This document shows, piece by piece, positions 53,761 to 64,000 of a stretch of 64,000 nucleotides of DNA. The DNA comes from Sarea resinae (taxonomy: Eukaryota). Numbering within the stretch: position 1 is the first letter of the stretch; each line of letters starts with the position of its first letter. The DNA lies in contig JAPEUD010000067.1 of the NCBI GenBank assembly GCA_026026165.1, forward strand, positions 62,001 through 126,000, written 5' to 3'. The position numbers and the translations under genes are program-made. The notes beneath the pieces are model-generated. The model saw nothing but the letters and a program-made list of their open reading frames with translations, was not told the DNA's origin and searched no databases.

Positions 53761-56700
53761 AAATAGTTATATAGTGTTTACTAGGTAGTTATAGCGCTTA
53801 ATAAGCATATTTTTCTCAGGGGTTTAGGGGTAAAAGAGGTATAAAGGCAATAGGTTTACAGATCTTTTCTTTACAATAAGTGTTACTATTAGTTGTTACC
53901 TTTAACAATAAATTAATAGAGGTAAACCCTAGTAAATCATTTTAATTATAATCTAAGGAACATTGTGACATGTAAATTCTATAACACTAACTTATATATA
54001 TTTCTATTAACTGTAAGCTATTTTAAGATTATATGTAGTAGTGCTAAGGAAAAACTAACCTGATTTACTACTAGATTAGATTTTATATCTATAATCTGTT
54101 CACTCTAGAAACCTATATAGGGTTAGTAAATACAGCCTTTAATCTGTTTAACCTAACCTATATGCTAGCCTAATTGCTATTATTAATAGCTTTCTTTATT
54201 AGTAGAAGGATAGCCTTTTACTACTAACTGCTTAGAAAATTCTATGTAGCTACCTAGCGCTAGTAGACCTCTAGGTGTTTATTAGCTATTATATTATCTA
54301 TTAGCTGTTATATCTAGCTAGTTACTTACTACTTACACTATCTCTAGTAAAATCTTAAGAAGTAAAGCTCTTTTCTTTCTATTTAGAGAGAGTGTAATAG
54401 AGTGTAGTAGACACAATATATATTAGCTAATAGGTGATTTGTTTAAAAGCATCTAATGTATAACTAATATTTGCTAGTTTCTAGACTCTGTTAAAGAACT
54501 CTTTAAGTATAACACATATAATTGCTAGGTAGAATAATCTCTTTTTCTTTCTCTAAAAACTATTAGATAACTAAAATAAGTAGAGAGATTTATATATAGA
54601 CAGATATATCTTAATAGTTAAAACTATCTTAATCTAGTAGTTAACTTACTTTCCTCTTAAGTTGTTCTAGTTTAGTAAGAGGCAGATTATATAGGTCTAC
54701 TACTAGTTAATAACACTATAATATAATATATCCTTATTACTAGCTTATTCTAATTAATAGCTAATAAGATTTAATTATTTAGAGTTAGTAAGTAGATAGT
54801 AGAAATATTACTTAATAGTCTTACTTACTATAGGTTTAATATATATAGGTAGCTCTATTTTATATTATCTAGAGTCTTTAATAAGATAAGGAAATTAATG
54901 CTCTATCTTAATTGCCTTTGCCTTTATATAAGCCTAGTTCTATATATTAGCACAGATAGTAGCTATACTATTGCTTTTTAAGAAAGAGTTCTAAGTAATA
55001 ACATATATTTTTATTATTACCTTAGCTATTAGATAAATATCCTAATACCTATAGTGTAGATAGCACTCTTTTAAATGCATTTAAACCTTTATATATACTC
55101 TTATATCTAGTGTAGGAAGCTGACTTAAACCTGCACTCTAATTATTTATAAATATCTATAGAGTGCTAGATAATTAGTGTAGTGTTCTTAGTGTATCTAT
55201 CTTATTAAAAACATATATAGAGGTAGAGTCTAAGTTAATACTAACTGCTCTAGAATAGAGACTAGAGAATAAGAGTCCTTTATTATTGCTTAGAACCTAT
55301 TATCTATAAGTAAAATTAAAAACAAGTACTCTAAGAGTAAGACTTACTAATAAGAGTAGAGGTAGTATTAACAATTTATTCTAGAAGGTGTTTATTAACA
55401 GATCTTATATATAAAGCTCTCTTAGTAGTTGTCTGTTAAAAAGGTTAGGCTTCTAAAGAATATCTCTTTAGTTAGTTTATTTTACTGCCTTCTAACTAGT
55501 AGTAGACCTATATATAGAATGTCTATCTATTAGAAGATCTTAGAATCTTATAGGTAATTCTCTTACAGTTTAATTTGCCTTACTACTTATTTATTGCTGT
55601 TCTACTAAGTATAAAGTAGCCTAAGTGTTATTAGATATATATTATCTGCTTATTAGTATACTCTCTTTACAATTAACTAAGTTCACTTTAATATGATTTA
55701 GCCTAAGGCTTATTATTTATCTTCTTATTATATAAAGACACTCTTATTTATTTAGATTCTTTCTAGACAGACAATTGCACTTAGATACTTCTTTATCTAT
55801 TAGTGTACTTATCTAGCTATTAAGAGTTGCTAGTATAAGTTGACTTTCTAGACCCTTAGTGCTATCTAACTAATATCTCTTTCTCTAAGTAGGTGTATTC
55901 TATATTATTAGATTAAGTGAATTATTACTATCTTCTATGTTTTTAGCAGCAGATATAGCGCTAACATTAGATAACTAACTAAGTAGGCTTTGTATTAGAG
56001 ATATTATAGCTTGCTTATAATTCTCTTTATTACTATCTAATAACATTAGCTATAGTTGCTTTTAGACTAGAGAAGTAGTAGTAGTAATCACTAGATCTAA
56101 ACTATATTTAGTCCTTTAGTAGTAGTCTTTTATTAAGTGTAAGTATTATAGAAGGCAACTACTTTGTTTAGTATAGATTAGATAAGTAGAGATAGAAACA
56201 AGTGTTATTATTAGTAAAGTAGTTAAGTTTTTATTCCTTAGTAGACTAAATATCTTGCTAAGAATAAGTCTAGAGTTATTTAAGAGGTATTGTAAAAGTT
56301 ACTAGCTTCTCTATATAGAGCAGATTTAGATAGCTAGGAGTTTAGTGTGTAGAAGACATTAGTATTAAATAGGAATTTAAAGAGAGAGAGAATTATTAGT
56401 CTAAGTAGAGATAAGTATTATCACTTAAATTATATCTTTACAAATTAACAGATAATTATATCGCTATTAGAATAACTTATATAATTAATTTAGATTTATA
56501 TATACTTAGACTAATTAAAATAACACTAAACAAAATAAAAGAGACTAACTTAAAGTAGATTAGCAGATATTAGCTTCTATACCTTATTAAAGTTATCTAA
56601 AAGACACTTATAGTTTAGAACTAACTATTGCTACAATCTCTACTAGGCTGCTAGAATAGAGTATAGTAGAAGAGTAGGTAATAACAGTCTTAAGAGTAGT

Positions 56701-56818
56701 AGATATATATATCTACTGCTCTTAGTATTATAAAGTCGCCTATAATTAAATAAAAACTTATATTAGCTGTGTTTATTACATGTCCTATTTGTCTTTATCT
56801 CTTTTATATATTGTAGAG

Positions 56819-59800
56819 TTAATAATAGAGGTTGTTATCTTTAGTATCTATATTATCTTTACTGCTAATCTTAACTTTAACTTGTAGCAGAACTAGCAGA
56901 TTGTTCTTCTTTAAGGCTGTGTTATTTAGGATACCTCTTAACCTCTAGGTAGCTATAAGTGTATTCTTAATTATAGACTTAGTGTTAATAAATTAATATA
57001 AAGTCACCTTATTATACTAGCTAATACAGTAAACTCTATTAAGTGCTTATTACTTAGAGGTGTCTATATAATTAGGTTTAAAGACAACTACTAGATTCGC
57101 GCGAATTAAGGTTAAGCCTAGTAATATTATACCTATTGTCTTAACTAAGTAAAAAGGTTCTAAGCTAGAGAACATATCTATAATGCCTTAGAATTATTCT
57201 ACTAACCTTAAGCGCTTTGCTATAGAGATTCTGCTATAGAATAGAGCAACTAGCTTATATCTAATATATTTTATCTACTATATATCTGCTATTAGCCTAA
57301 GTATATTATCTAGTAGATAAATACTACTTACTATTACAATAATAAAGGCTATAATTAGGAATACAGTAAAGATAACTATCTTTTCACTCTCTATCCTTAA
57401 ATTCACTCCTATATTATTAATAAGATTATCTAGTGCTTTTAATTTAGAGAATAACTAGCTAAGTATTTCTAGATTGTTATACAACAGATATAATTCCTAA
57501 TCCTTAGTAGCTATAGACCTAACGCTTAATAAGCTCTAGTCTAACCTAGCTAGATTAGAGTAGGTAAGGCCTAGGAATAAAGAGATAATTTGTAGTCGCT
57601 ATATATATTAGAAATATATTATTAAAGTAATACATTATCCTTTATTTAACTCTAGAATTTAGTTTGTTCTTACTACTATAACAGCTTGCTATTGTTTATA
57701 TACTGTCTTCTAGTAGTTATTGCTAAACTAGACTAATAATTTATATCTGCAGAACAGTAAGAGGTTAATTAGTAGGTAGCTGTCTAAGTCGACTGCATTT
57801 TTATCCTATTAGATTATTAGCACGCTAAGGAAGCTAATAAAATTCTAGGCATATTAATTAAAGTCTTTATTAGTAGAAGGTAGTTGCAGTCTGTTAGGTT
57901 TTGCTATGCAATTAAATAGATTTTTATACTAACTTTTAATAAAGTCTAACTTTTTAGGCAAGCATTTTTATCTAATGCAAGAGAGATTAGTTGTCTATTA
58001 GGTATATATAAGAATGTTTACCTTCTCTCTTAAGTCTCTAGGTATAATAAATAGAGTGCTAGAGAGGAACTATATTATAAGCTAGTGTTCCTTATAGCTT
58101 TATCTTAAGGTAGTTAGGTCTTAAATTAGGTTAGTGTTCTTTAATTTAATAATGTGCGCCTTATCTACTACTATCTACTAAAATTAAGTTTCTGCCTACA
58201 AATTGCAGCAAAGTTGCAAACACTTAAACAATGTTACTAGGATAACATTTAATCTTATATGTTTGCTACTAGAGTCTGTTTCTATTAAGTCTGCAAACTT
58301 ATATTCCTATTAACTATACTTAAGAACTATTAGGTTCTTAGTAATCTATTATACAATAAACGACTTTTAGTATTCTATTACCTATATATAGGTAAGATAT
58401 GCTAGGTATATAACTATATTTGCTTCTTTATCTACAGTGATTTAAGAGGTTATAGATCCTAGTTAATATAGGCATTATATCTTATAGAGGTTATTACTAG
58501 GACACTTAACGCTATATTTAGTATTGTTATCTATATTGTCTAATAAATATAAGTGTAAGTAAAATGTTATATAATATTTAAAGTCTTATACAGATAATAC
58601 CTACTACTAGCCCTTAGATATCTTCTGTTATAGATTTGCTAACTCTTTATTATATCTAAGTGATTATAGTATAAGGTCTATAAAGTAGTAATAAGAGCTA
58701 ATGTTATTAGTATCTGCTAGTAGATTAAGCGTTAGCTATTAATTTAAGTACATATTAAAGAGACACTATAGTAGACACACACCTTTCTAAACCCTATCCT
58801 ATCTGCTAAAAACCCCTCTCTAATTCTGTTGCTTTTATTGCGTAATATAAATATAATAGCTATAGCTTAATATAGTAGTAGTTAAATAGGTGCTTAAAGA
58901 AACAGTAGCTTTATAGGTATTTAGGTTATTAATGCAGTGTGTTTAGGAATAAAGAATATAGCTACTATATCCTTCTATATTTAGAGTGTGTCGTGTTAAA
59001 TTACTAGACTATTTTAAATAACTGTTTAGCGTTTTACTATCACTAGGTTTATTCTCTTAATTAGGTTATCTACTCTCTCTAATTTGTTATACTATTTGCT
59101 AGCAAAAGCACTAAGGTCTTAGAGGCCTATAAAGTAAGGATAAAAGTTAGTAGAGGTTGTTACTTATAATCCTAGTACTTACTAAGCAGATAATGTTCTG
59201 TGCTATATAGATAATTATTAGGTAGCAGATTATTATATAGAGTATTATTAGGTGGCAGATTATTATATAGAGTATTATTAGGTAGTAGATTGTTATTTAG
59301 AGGATTATTAGGTAGTAGATTGTTATTTAAAGGATTATTAGGTGGCGGATTATTATTTAGAGGATTATTAGGTAGTAGATTGTTATTTAAAGGATTATTA
59401 GGTGGCGGATTATTATTTAGAGGATTATTAGGTAGCAGATCATTGTTTTTAACAAGTAGATAATCCTTATTATTAATGTTATCTTTGTTGCTATTATTAT
59501 TATTAATGTTATCTTTGTTGTTATCTTTATCCTTAACATTCTCTTTATTAGTATCCTTGCTATTAATGTCTTCTTTATTAGCCTTATCTCTTATTAGGTT
59601 ATATATAAGCTTATTAGAAATATTATCTTTAATTTGCAGTGATAGGTCTATAAAGAGTTAGCTTTATAGTAATAAGGAATAGTACTGCGTTTAAGTCTAG
59701 CAGCTTACACTTAACGTTATAGCAACCTAGCTTAGGAACTAGTAATAGACATTGTGTTTCCTTTAGCTAATATAGTAATAACTTAGGTGTGCTACTAGAC

Positions 59801-60000
59801 TAACTAACGCTTGTTGCAAGGCCTAGCAACTAACTCTTTAGTAGGTGTTAGCTAGTCTTAGTAGTAGAGAGTAAGGTAGTATTTAGTGTTATTACATTTA
59901 GGTTTGTATAATATGTCTCTAGTTAGATAATTAAACAGTCTGTTGCACTAGACAGTTAACAACTATATTAAGACTAGATATAATACCTTATAGCAGACAG
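56819..60000 (-). pseudogene. SNF2-family ATPase/helicase gene, RIP-inactivated
   Basis: Motif I GFLADRIGFRK (= GFLADGMGFGK, ~58784-58820, followed by an intron), motif II IVVDKAH (= DEAH, ~58150-58175), motif III *FLSSTLF (= WFLSGTPF, ~58050-58075), motifs V-VI GLTLIRANLVVVFKP..**ALNRVYCIS* (= EP..QALDRVHRIGQ, ~57015-57125). The 5' end is approximate. Confidence 0.82.
59213..59440. repeat. 30-bp tandem repeat (7-8 copies) in the N-terminal part of the SNF2 relic
   Basis: Units GGTRGYRGATTRTTATWTARAGKATTATTA. The de-RIP minus-strand reading is approximately SATQQSSKQQ. Confidence 0.85.
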
Positions 60001-62068
60001 TGTATATACCTAGTCTAGGTCTTATCTATATAGAAACTAAGTTGTCACTAGCTTGCTTAAGGTTTCTGCGTTTTACATCCTATATAAGGTTAACAACTAG
60101 AAATCAATGTACTCCTATAAAGAGACACTTATAATATAGAATACAATTAGTTATAGGCCTAACTTAAGTACTAGTACAACCTCTTTATTATGTTCTAATC
60201 TAATTCTCTCTCTCTCTATATCTGTCTTAATCTTATTAATAATTGCTGCTTATAGGATAAACCTAGCAATAATATTACAAATACTATCTATAGTTAGAGA
60301 TAATAGTAGGAAAAGTTAAGTGCTTATCTTATTATCTATTGTTATATACTATTTAGCTAGTTAGTTGTCTATTAACTATTAGTAAATGTTAGTTAATAGA
60401 TAAATATATATACCTCTTACTTATTAGTAGTCTTATAAGAGAAGGTGCTATGTAGATAGTTAGTAGATAAGAAGGTATTAGTGTATAAAGAGTAGTAAGG
60501 CTACTAGGTAGAAGGGTATTAGAGTTAGATTAATTGTTTATTAGCTATTAGCAAGTGCTATTTAATTAATATAATTAGATGTCTTCTACTTATAGATGTC
60601 TTTATAAGCTGCTAAACAGTCTAGTTAGTAGCTTTATACTAAGAAGAAGCTAGTGTATAGATAGTAACTACTAGAGAACTACTAAGTAGAAAGGTATTAG
60701 AGTTATATTAAATGTCTATTAGTTGTTAGCAAGTGCTATTTAATTGATATAATTATATATCTCTTACTTATAGATATCTCTATAAGCTACTACAATGTTT
60801 GTTTAGTAGCTTTCTACTAAAAGAGAGCTAGCTAGCAAGGGGTAGCTAAAGTACTAAAGGTATTAGATAAGAGCAACAGCAAGGTTCTACTTTTAGATTG
60901 TAGTTCTTTCTTTATATTGTCTTATAGCTTCTTACAGATATCTTATACAATAATAAATAGGTGTTTCTAATTGTAGCTCTATCTAGCAGCTTATCTTCTA
61001 ATTTAGTCTGCAAATAGTATTAGAAAGTTAGCAGACTATATTATATCCTCTATTATAGTGTTAACTGTATAATTTCCTGCTGCTTAAAGGTTAGTGCAGC
61101 TGTAGTCAGATAATACTTACTAGATAGCCCCTTATAATCTAGTCTTAGCTTTATTTAATGTGACACTTAGATTTAAGTACACTTCTAATAGCCTCTTTTT
61201 TATAAGTTCTTATACTTAAGAATTAGGTCTTATAACTGTCTCTTATTCTAGTTGACAAACTATATCCTATTATATCTCTTATTAGTTATATCTATTGTAT
61301 AATAAGAGAGTAGCTTACTTAGCTAGATTGTTATAATATATTAAGAGGTAGAGAGATAACTAGTAAAGAGAATAAGTAGAAAGTAATTAAGGCTAAGAGT
61401 ATAGCACTAAACTTAAGTTTAGTATAATAAGAATAATTAGGCTGCTAGGCTAAGAGAGATATAACAAGCTAAAAGATAAAACATAAGAGAATATAAGTAG
61501 AGAGCTAATAAGGCTAGAGATAAAGTTAATATCTTAATAGAACAATTATCTAAATTAGTAACAAAGTAAGGTTATATCTAGTAGGAATTCTTAATTAGGC
61601 TAGACTAGGTAGTAAGGGTTTTATAGCTTTAATATTAGATAAATAATGTGTTAGCGCAGTGTAAGGTGAATAAGAGTAGTAGCAGCAAACAAGAGTAGTA
61701 GAAGTAAATAGAGATATAAGGTAAATAGAGATCTAACTAAATAAAACAAAGAATAATAACATTATAACATGTAAGAAAGAAGATAAAGAAATGTTGCTAT
61801 TATTAACTGTTTCTAGCTATTAGCACTTAATACTATTAGTATATCTAGTGTGTAATATTGCACCTCTAACTAATATTATATCTAATATGCAATATATTAT
61901 ATAGATAATAGTTTGCTTGTGTTTTAGACAGCTATTAGTGTAGGAGTAAGGTTAAAGCAATATAAATAGCAGCACTACTTATATAGTGTCTACTTAGTGA
62001 TAAAAGTCTAATAGTTAGTCTACTACTTAAGTGAACTATCTGCTAATATAATGTTAAGATAGAGTCTT

Positions 62069-64000
62069 TGTTATCGGCACTGGTGCATCCATGGTGGTAC
62101 CAGGCCCCTGTAGCTTAGCGAGCCAGCATATTAGCGCTTGCAGGCTCTTAGCAGTTTAGAAACTAATCCACTTATCATCATCATACGGACCGTCCATGGT
62201 CAGCCCGTGCCAAATGGTATCGACGGCGCGTTCTTTGCTTTTGCTTTGAAATTGTCTTCTCGAGATCCATTATATCTCACGGAGACCCCAGGTTGTCATC
62301 AAACAACCTACACGTTAGAAACGGTCTCACACCTAGAGCCAGCCGTTTGTTTACTACGGACTTTCCATAGTCCCTCCCACGATGCGATAGCCCTATGGCT
62401 CGAGACTCAGCTTTGCAGCCTGACCAAGTTCTCCAACTCGCTGATCAGCTCCTCGCATTACAGAGGCATCATCCAGATCTCCTACCACCGGAGACATCAA
62501 TATTACTTGACCAGCTAAGCACGCACCGCCGACCGAACACACGCCCAACGTCACGACCCCCCTCAAGTGGGAACTCAAACGGAGAATCCGACGGATTTCC
62601 TGGCATTTGGACCACTGATTCAGCCCGCCGAAACACCGCTATTGCCAATTTCGAGAACGGTGCCTTTCAACTTCAACAGTCACGACGCACCGGTGGATTA
62701 CGTCATTCGCTAGTCCCACCTTCAGTTGGCAGCATCGCTGGACCTAGCATTGGTCATTCTACAACTTCACCCGACGAGCCTTCCAACTCAGAAGACATCC
62801 CAACAGACACGGGGTCATCGTCACCCGAACAATCAGCAGCAGCATCGGGAGTTACCGAAGACGTCATCGATCCGGCAAGAATCACACCAGCCCGACCGAA
62901 CGACAACGCCCACACACGTTTGGAACCACCACGACGTGACCGTGCCCAATCAAACGAGCCCATCATGTCTCAATTATCCCCCCAAGCCCTTGAACAAATT
63001 CAAGCCATGATTACTGCTGCAGTACGAGCAGGCGGAAATCACAACGGTCCCCCCGGTCCCCCTGGCCCTCCTGGCCCACCAGGAGAACCCGGAGAACCCG
63101 GAGAACCCGGCGAGAACCGCTATACCGGACAATGGAAAGCCGCCGAGATCGGCCTCTTCTACCCCAACCTCCCCGGAGGAGACACCGACGCTCATACCGA
63201 CGTCGTCGACAAAGATAATAAAACTTTCTATCGCGATGTGTACGCTTTCACCAATCGAGTCCGAGTCGCTGCCCTAACGCGGGATCCCACAAAAATACGC
63301 CAGAATCTGGACTCTTGCCTGCGAGGAGAAGCCGAGCAGTGGTGGAATACCGAATTGTCTGAGGTCACTAGACTAGGCCTTGTCGCCCACCCGAACGGAG
63401 TCGAAGAATGGTGCAAAGCTTTAGAGAAAAGATTCAAGCCTACCCCAAGTGCTTCCTGGAATAAATACCAGAACACCCGATACACTGTGGAGGATGCGAG
63501 GAGTCACCGCAGCCTCGGAGAATATGTGAGCACCTTGGTAGCAGCGGCAAAGGGTTGTGGACAAGGTGACTCCGAATTCGGTCTTGTTACCCAAGCCTGG
63601 ATGCATTTGGCCCAGCCGTTACGCAAGTACATTGACGAACCTACCGAAGACACAACGCTAGAGGGTTTTGCAGAGATACTCCGAAGGAAGCAGACAAACT
63701 GGTTCGACGAGTTTAGACGTCAACCTGCACAACCTACAGGCCGACAAGGTAATAATAATCGCAGTCAACAGCAGCAATCCAACCTACAATCACAGTCCAA
63801 TGCTCAGTTCAACCCGCCTCAGTACAATAACGCTTACAATTTCCGAAATCAGGGCTACCAACCGAACTGGCAACAGTCATATCGTTCCCCGTGGCAACAA
63901 ACTCCGTGGCAAAACCGGCCTTCTTGGCGTCCAGGGTCGGCACGAGGAAGAGGACAGCTGCCTTTCCGTCCTCAACCACGCCAAATAACGTCGGGCGGAG
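62069..64000 (+). mobile_element. Intact (non-RIP) LTR retrotransposon 5' end, probably Ty3/gypsy; continues beyond window
   Basis: Abrupt switch to balanced base composition at TGTTAT (62069). Tentative short LTR to ..GTGCCA 62212, followed by AA-TGGTATCGACGG (PBS-like), then a long gag-like ORF. Confidence 0.75.
62395..64000 (+). CDS. Gag-like protein, open at the window end (missing from the ORF track)
   Basis: Uninterrupted frame from ATG 62395 (alternative ATG 62965). Capsid-like segments include EIGLFYP, YRDVYAFTNRV, CLRGEAEQWWNTELS and WCKALEKRFK. Confidence 0.8.
   Translation, partial: MARDSALQPDQVLQLADQLLALQRHHPDLLPPETSILLDQLSTHRRPNTRPTSRPPSSGNSNGESDGFPGIWTTDSARRNTAIANFENGAFQLQQSRRTGGLRHSLVPPSVGSIAGPSIGHSTTSPDEPSNSEDIPTDTGSSSPEQSAAASGVTEDVIDPARITPARPNDNAHTRLEPPRRDRAQSNEPIMSQLSPQALEQIQAMITAAVRAGGNHNGPPGPPGPPGPPGEPGEPGEPGENRYTGQWKAAEIGLFYPNLPGGDTDAHTDVVDKDNKTFYRDVYAFTNRVRVAALTRDPTKIRQNLDSCLRGEAEQWWNTELSEVTRLGLVAHPNGVEEWCKALEKRFKPTPSASWNKYQNTRYTVEDARSHRSLGEYVSTLVAAAKGCGQGDSEFGLVTQAWMHLAQPLRKYIDEPTEDTTLEGFAEILRRKQTNWFDEFRRQPAQPTGRQGNNNRSQQQQSNLQSQSNAQFNPPQYNNAYNFRNQGYQPNWQQSYRSPWQQTPWQNRPSWRPGSARGRGQLPFRPQPRQITSGG

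Larger units (their letters stand above)
45540..62068. repeat. About 16.5-kb AT-rich block of RIP-mutated nested mobile DNA
   Basis: Very low GC, strong TpA excess and almost no ORFs, yet recognisable degenerate protein motifs. Sharp boundaries on both sides. Confidence 0.92.

Noticed and set aside
53810..54135. Short inverted motifs (CAGGGGTTT / AAACCCTAG, TAGTAAATCA / TGATTTACTA) as element termini
   Set aside because: No matching partner end or target duplication could be found in the window.

Overview
Intron-rich genomic DNA from a filamentous ascomycete (Pezizomycotina-type GT/AG introns with CTRAY branch sites, plus RIP-mutated repeats). Positions 1-40 kb are a dense housekeeping region: an AVT2-like amino-acid transporter, RAD52, a UBX protein, VAP/SCS2 (with a GC-AG intron), sphingolipid delta-4 desaturase, MAP2, a mitochondrial DnaJ, porin, asparagine synthetase (two CpcA/Gcn4 sites), UBC9, PEX19, a Mid2-like sensor, a PQ-loop transporter, ribosomal P1 and a UPF0662 protein. 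This part also holds a full-length RIP-killed Tc1/mariner element and a MITE. At 40.8-45.5 kb, an unmutated island between two RIP blocks holds two AN1-zinc-finger/APH-type kinases on either side of a spliced 52-aa zinc-finger microprotein that the ORF track misses. At 45.5-62 kb is an AT-rich RIP relic. Read by mentally reversing C>T/G>A changes, it contains a deleted copia-like element with heat-shock-element arrays, a hAT transposase, accessory genes (one starting with a histone-H3-tail-like MGRTKQHAK), a dispersed GTAACGC motif and a SNF2-family ATPase gene. From 62.07 kb to the window end is an intact LTR retroelement whose Gag has a collagen-like repeat and a Q/N-rich region. All gene models and de-RIP readings were made by eye; no database searches were run.
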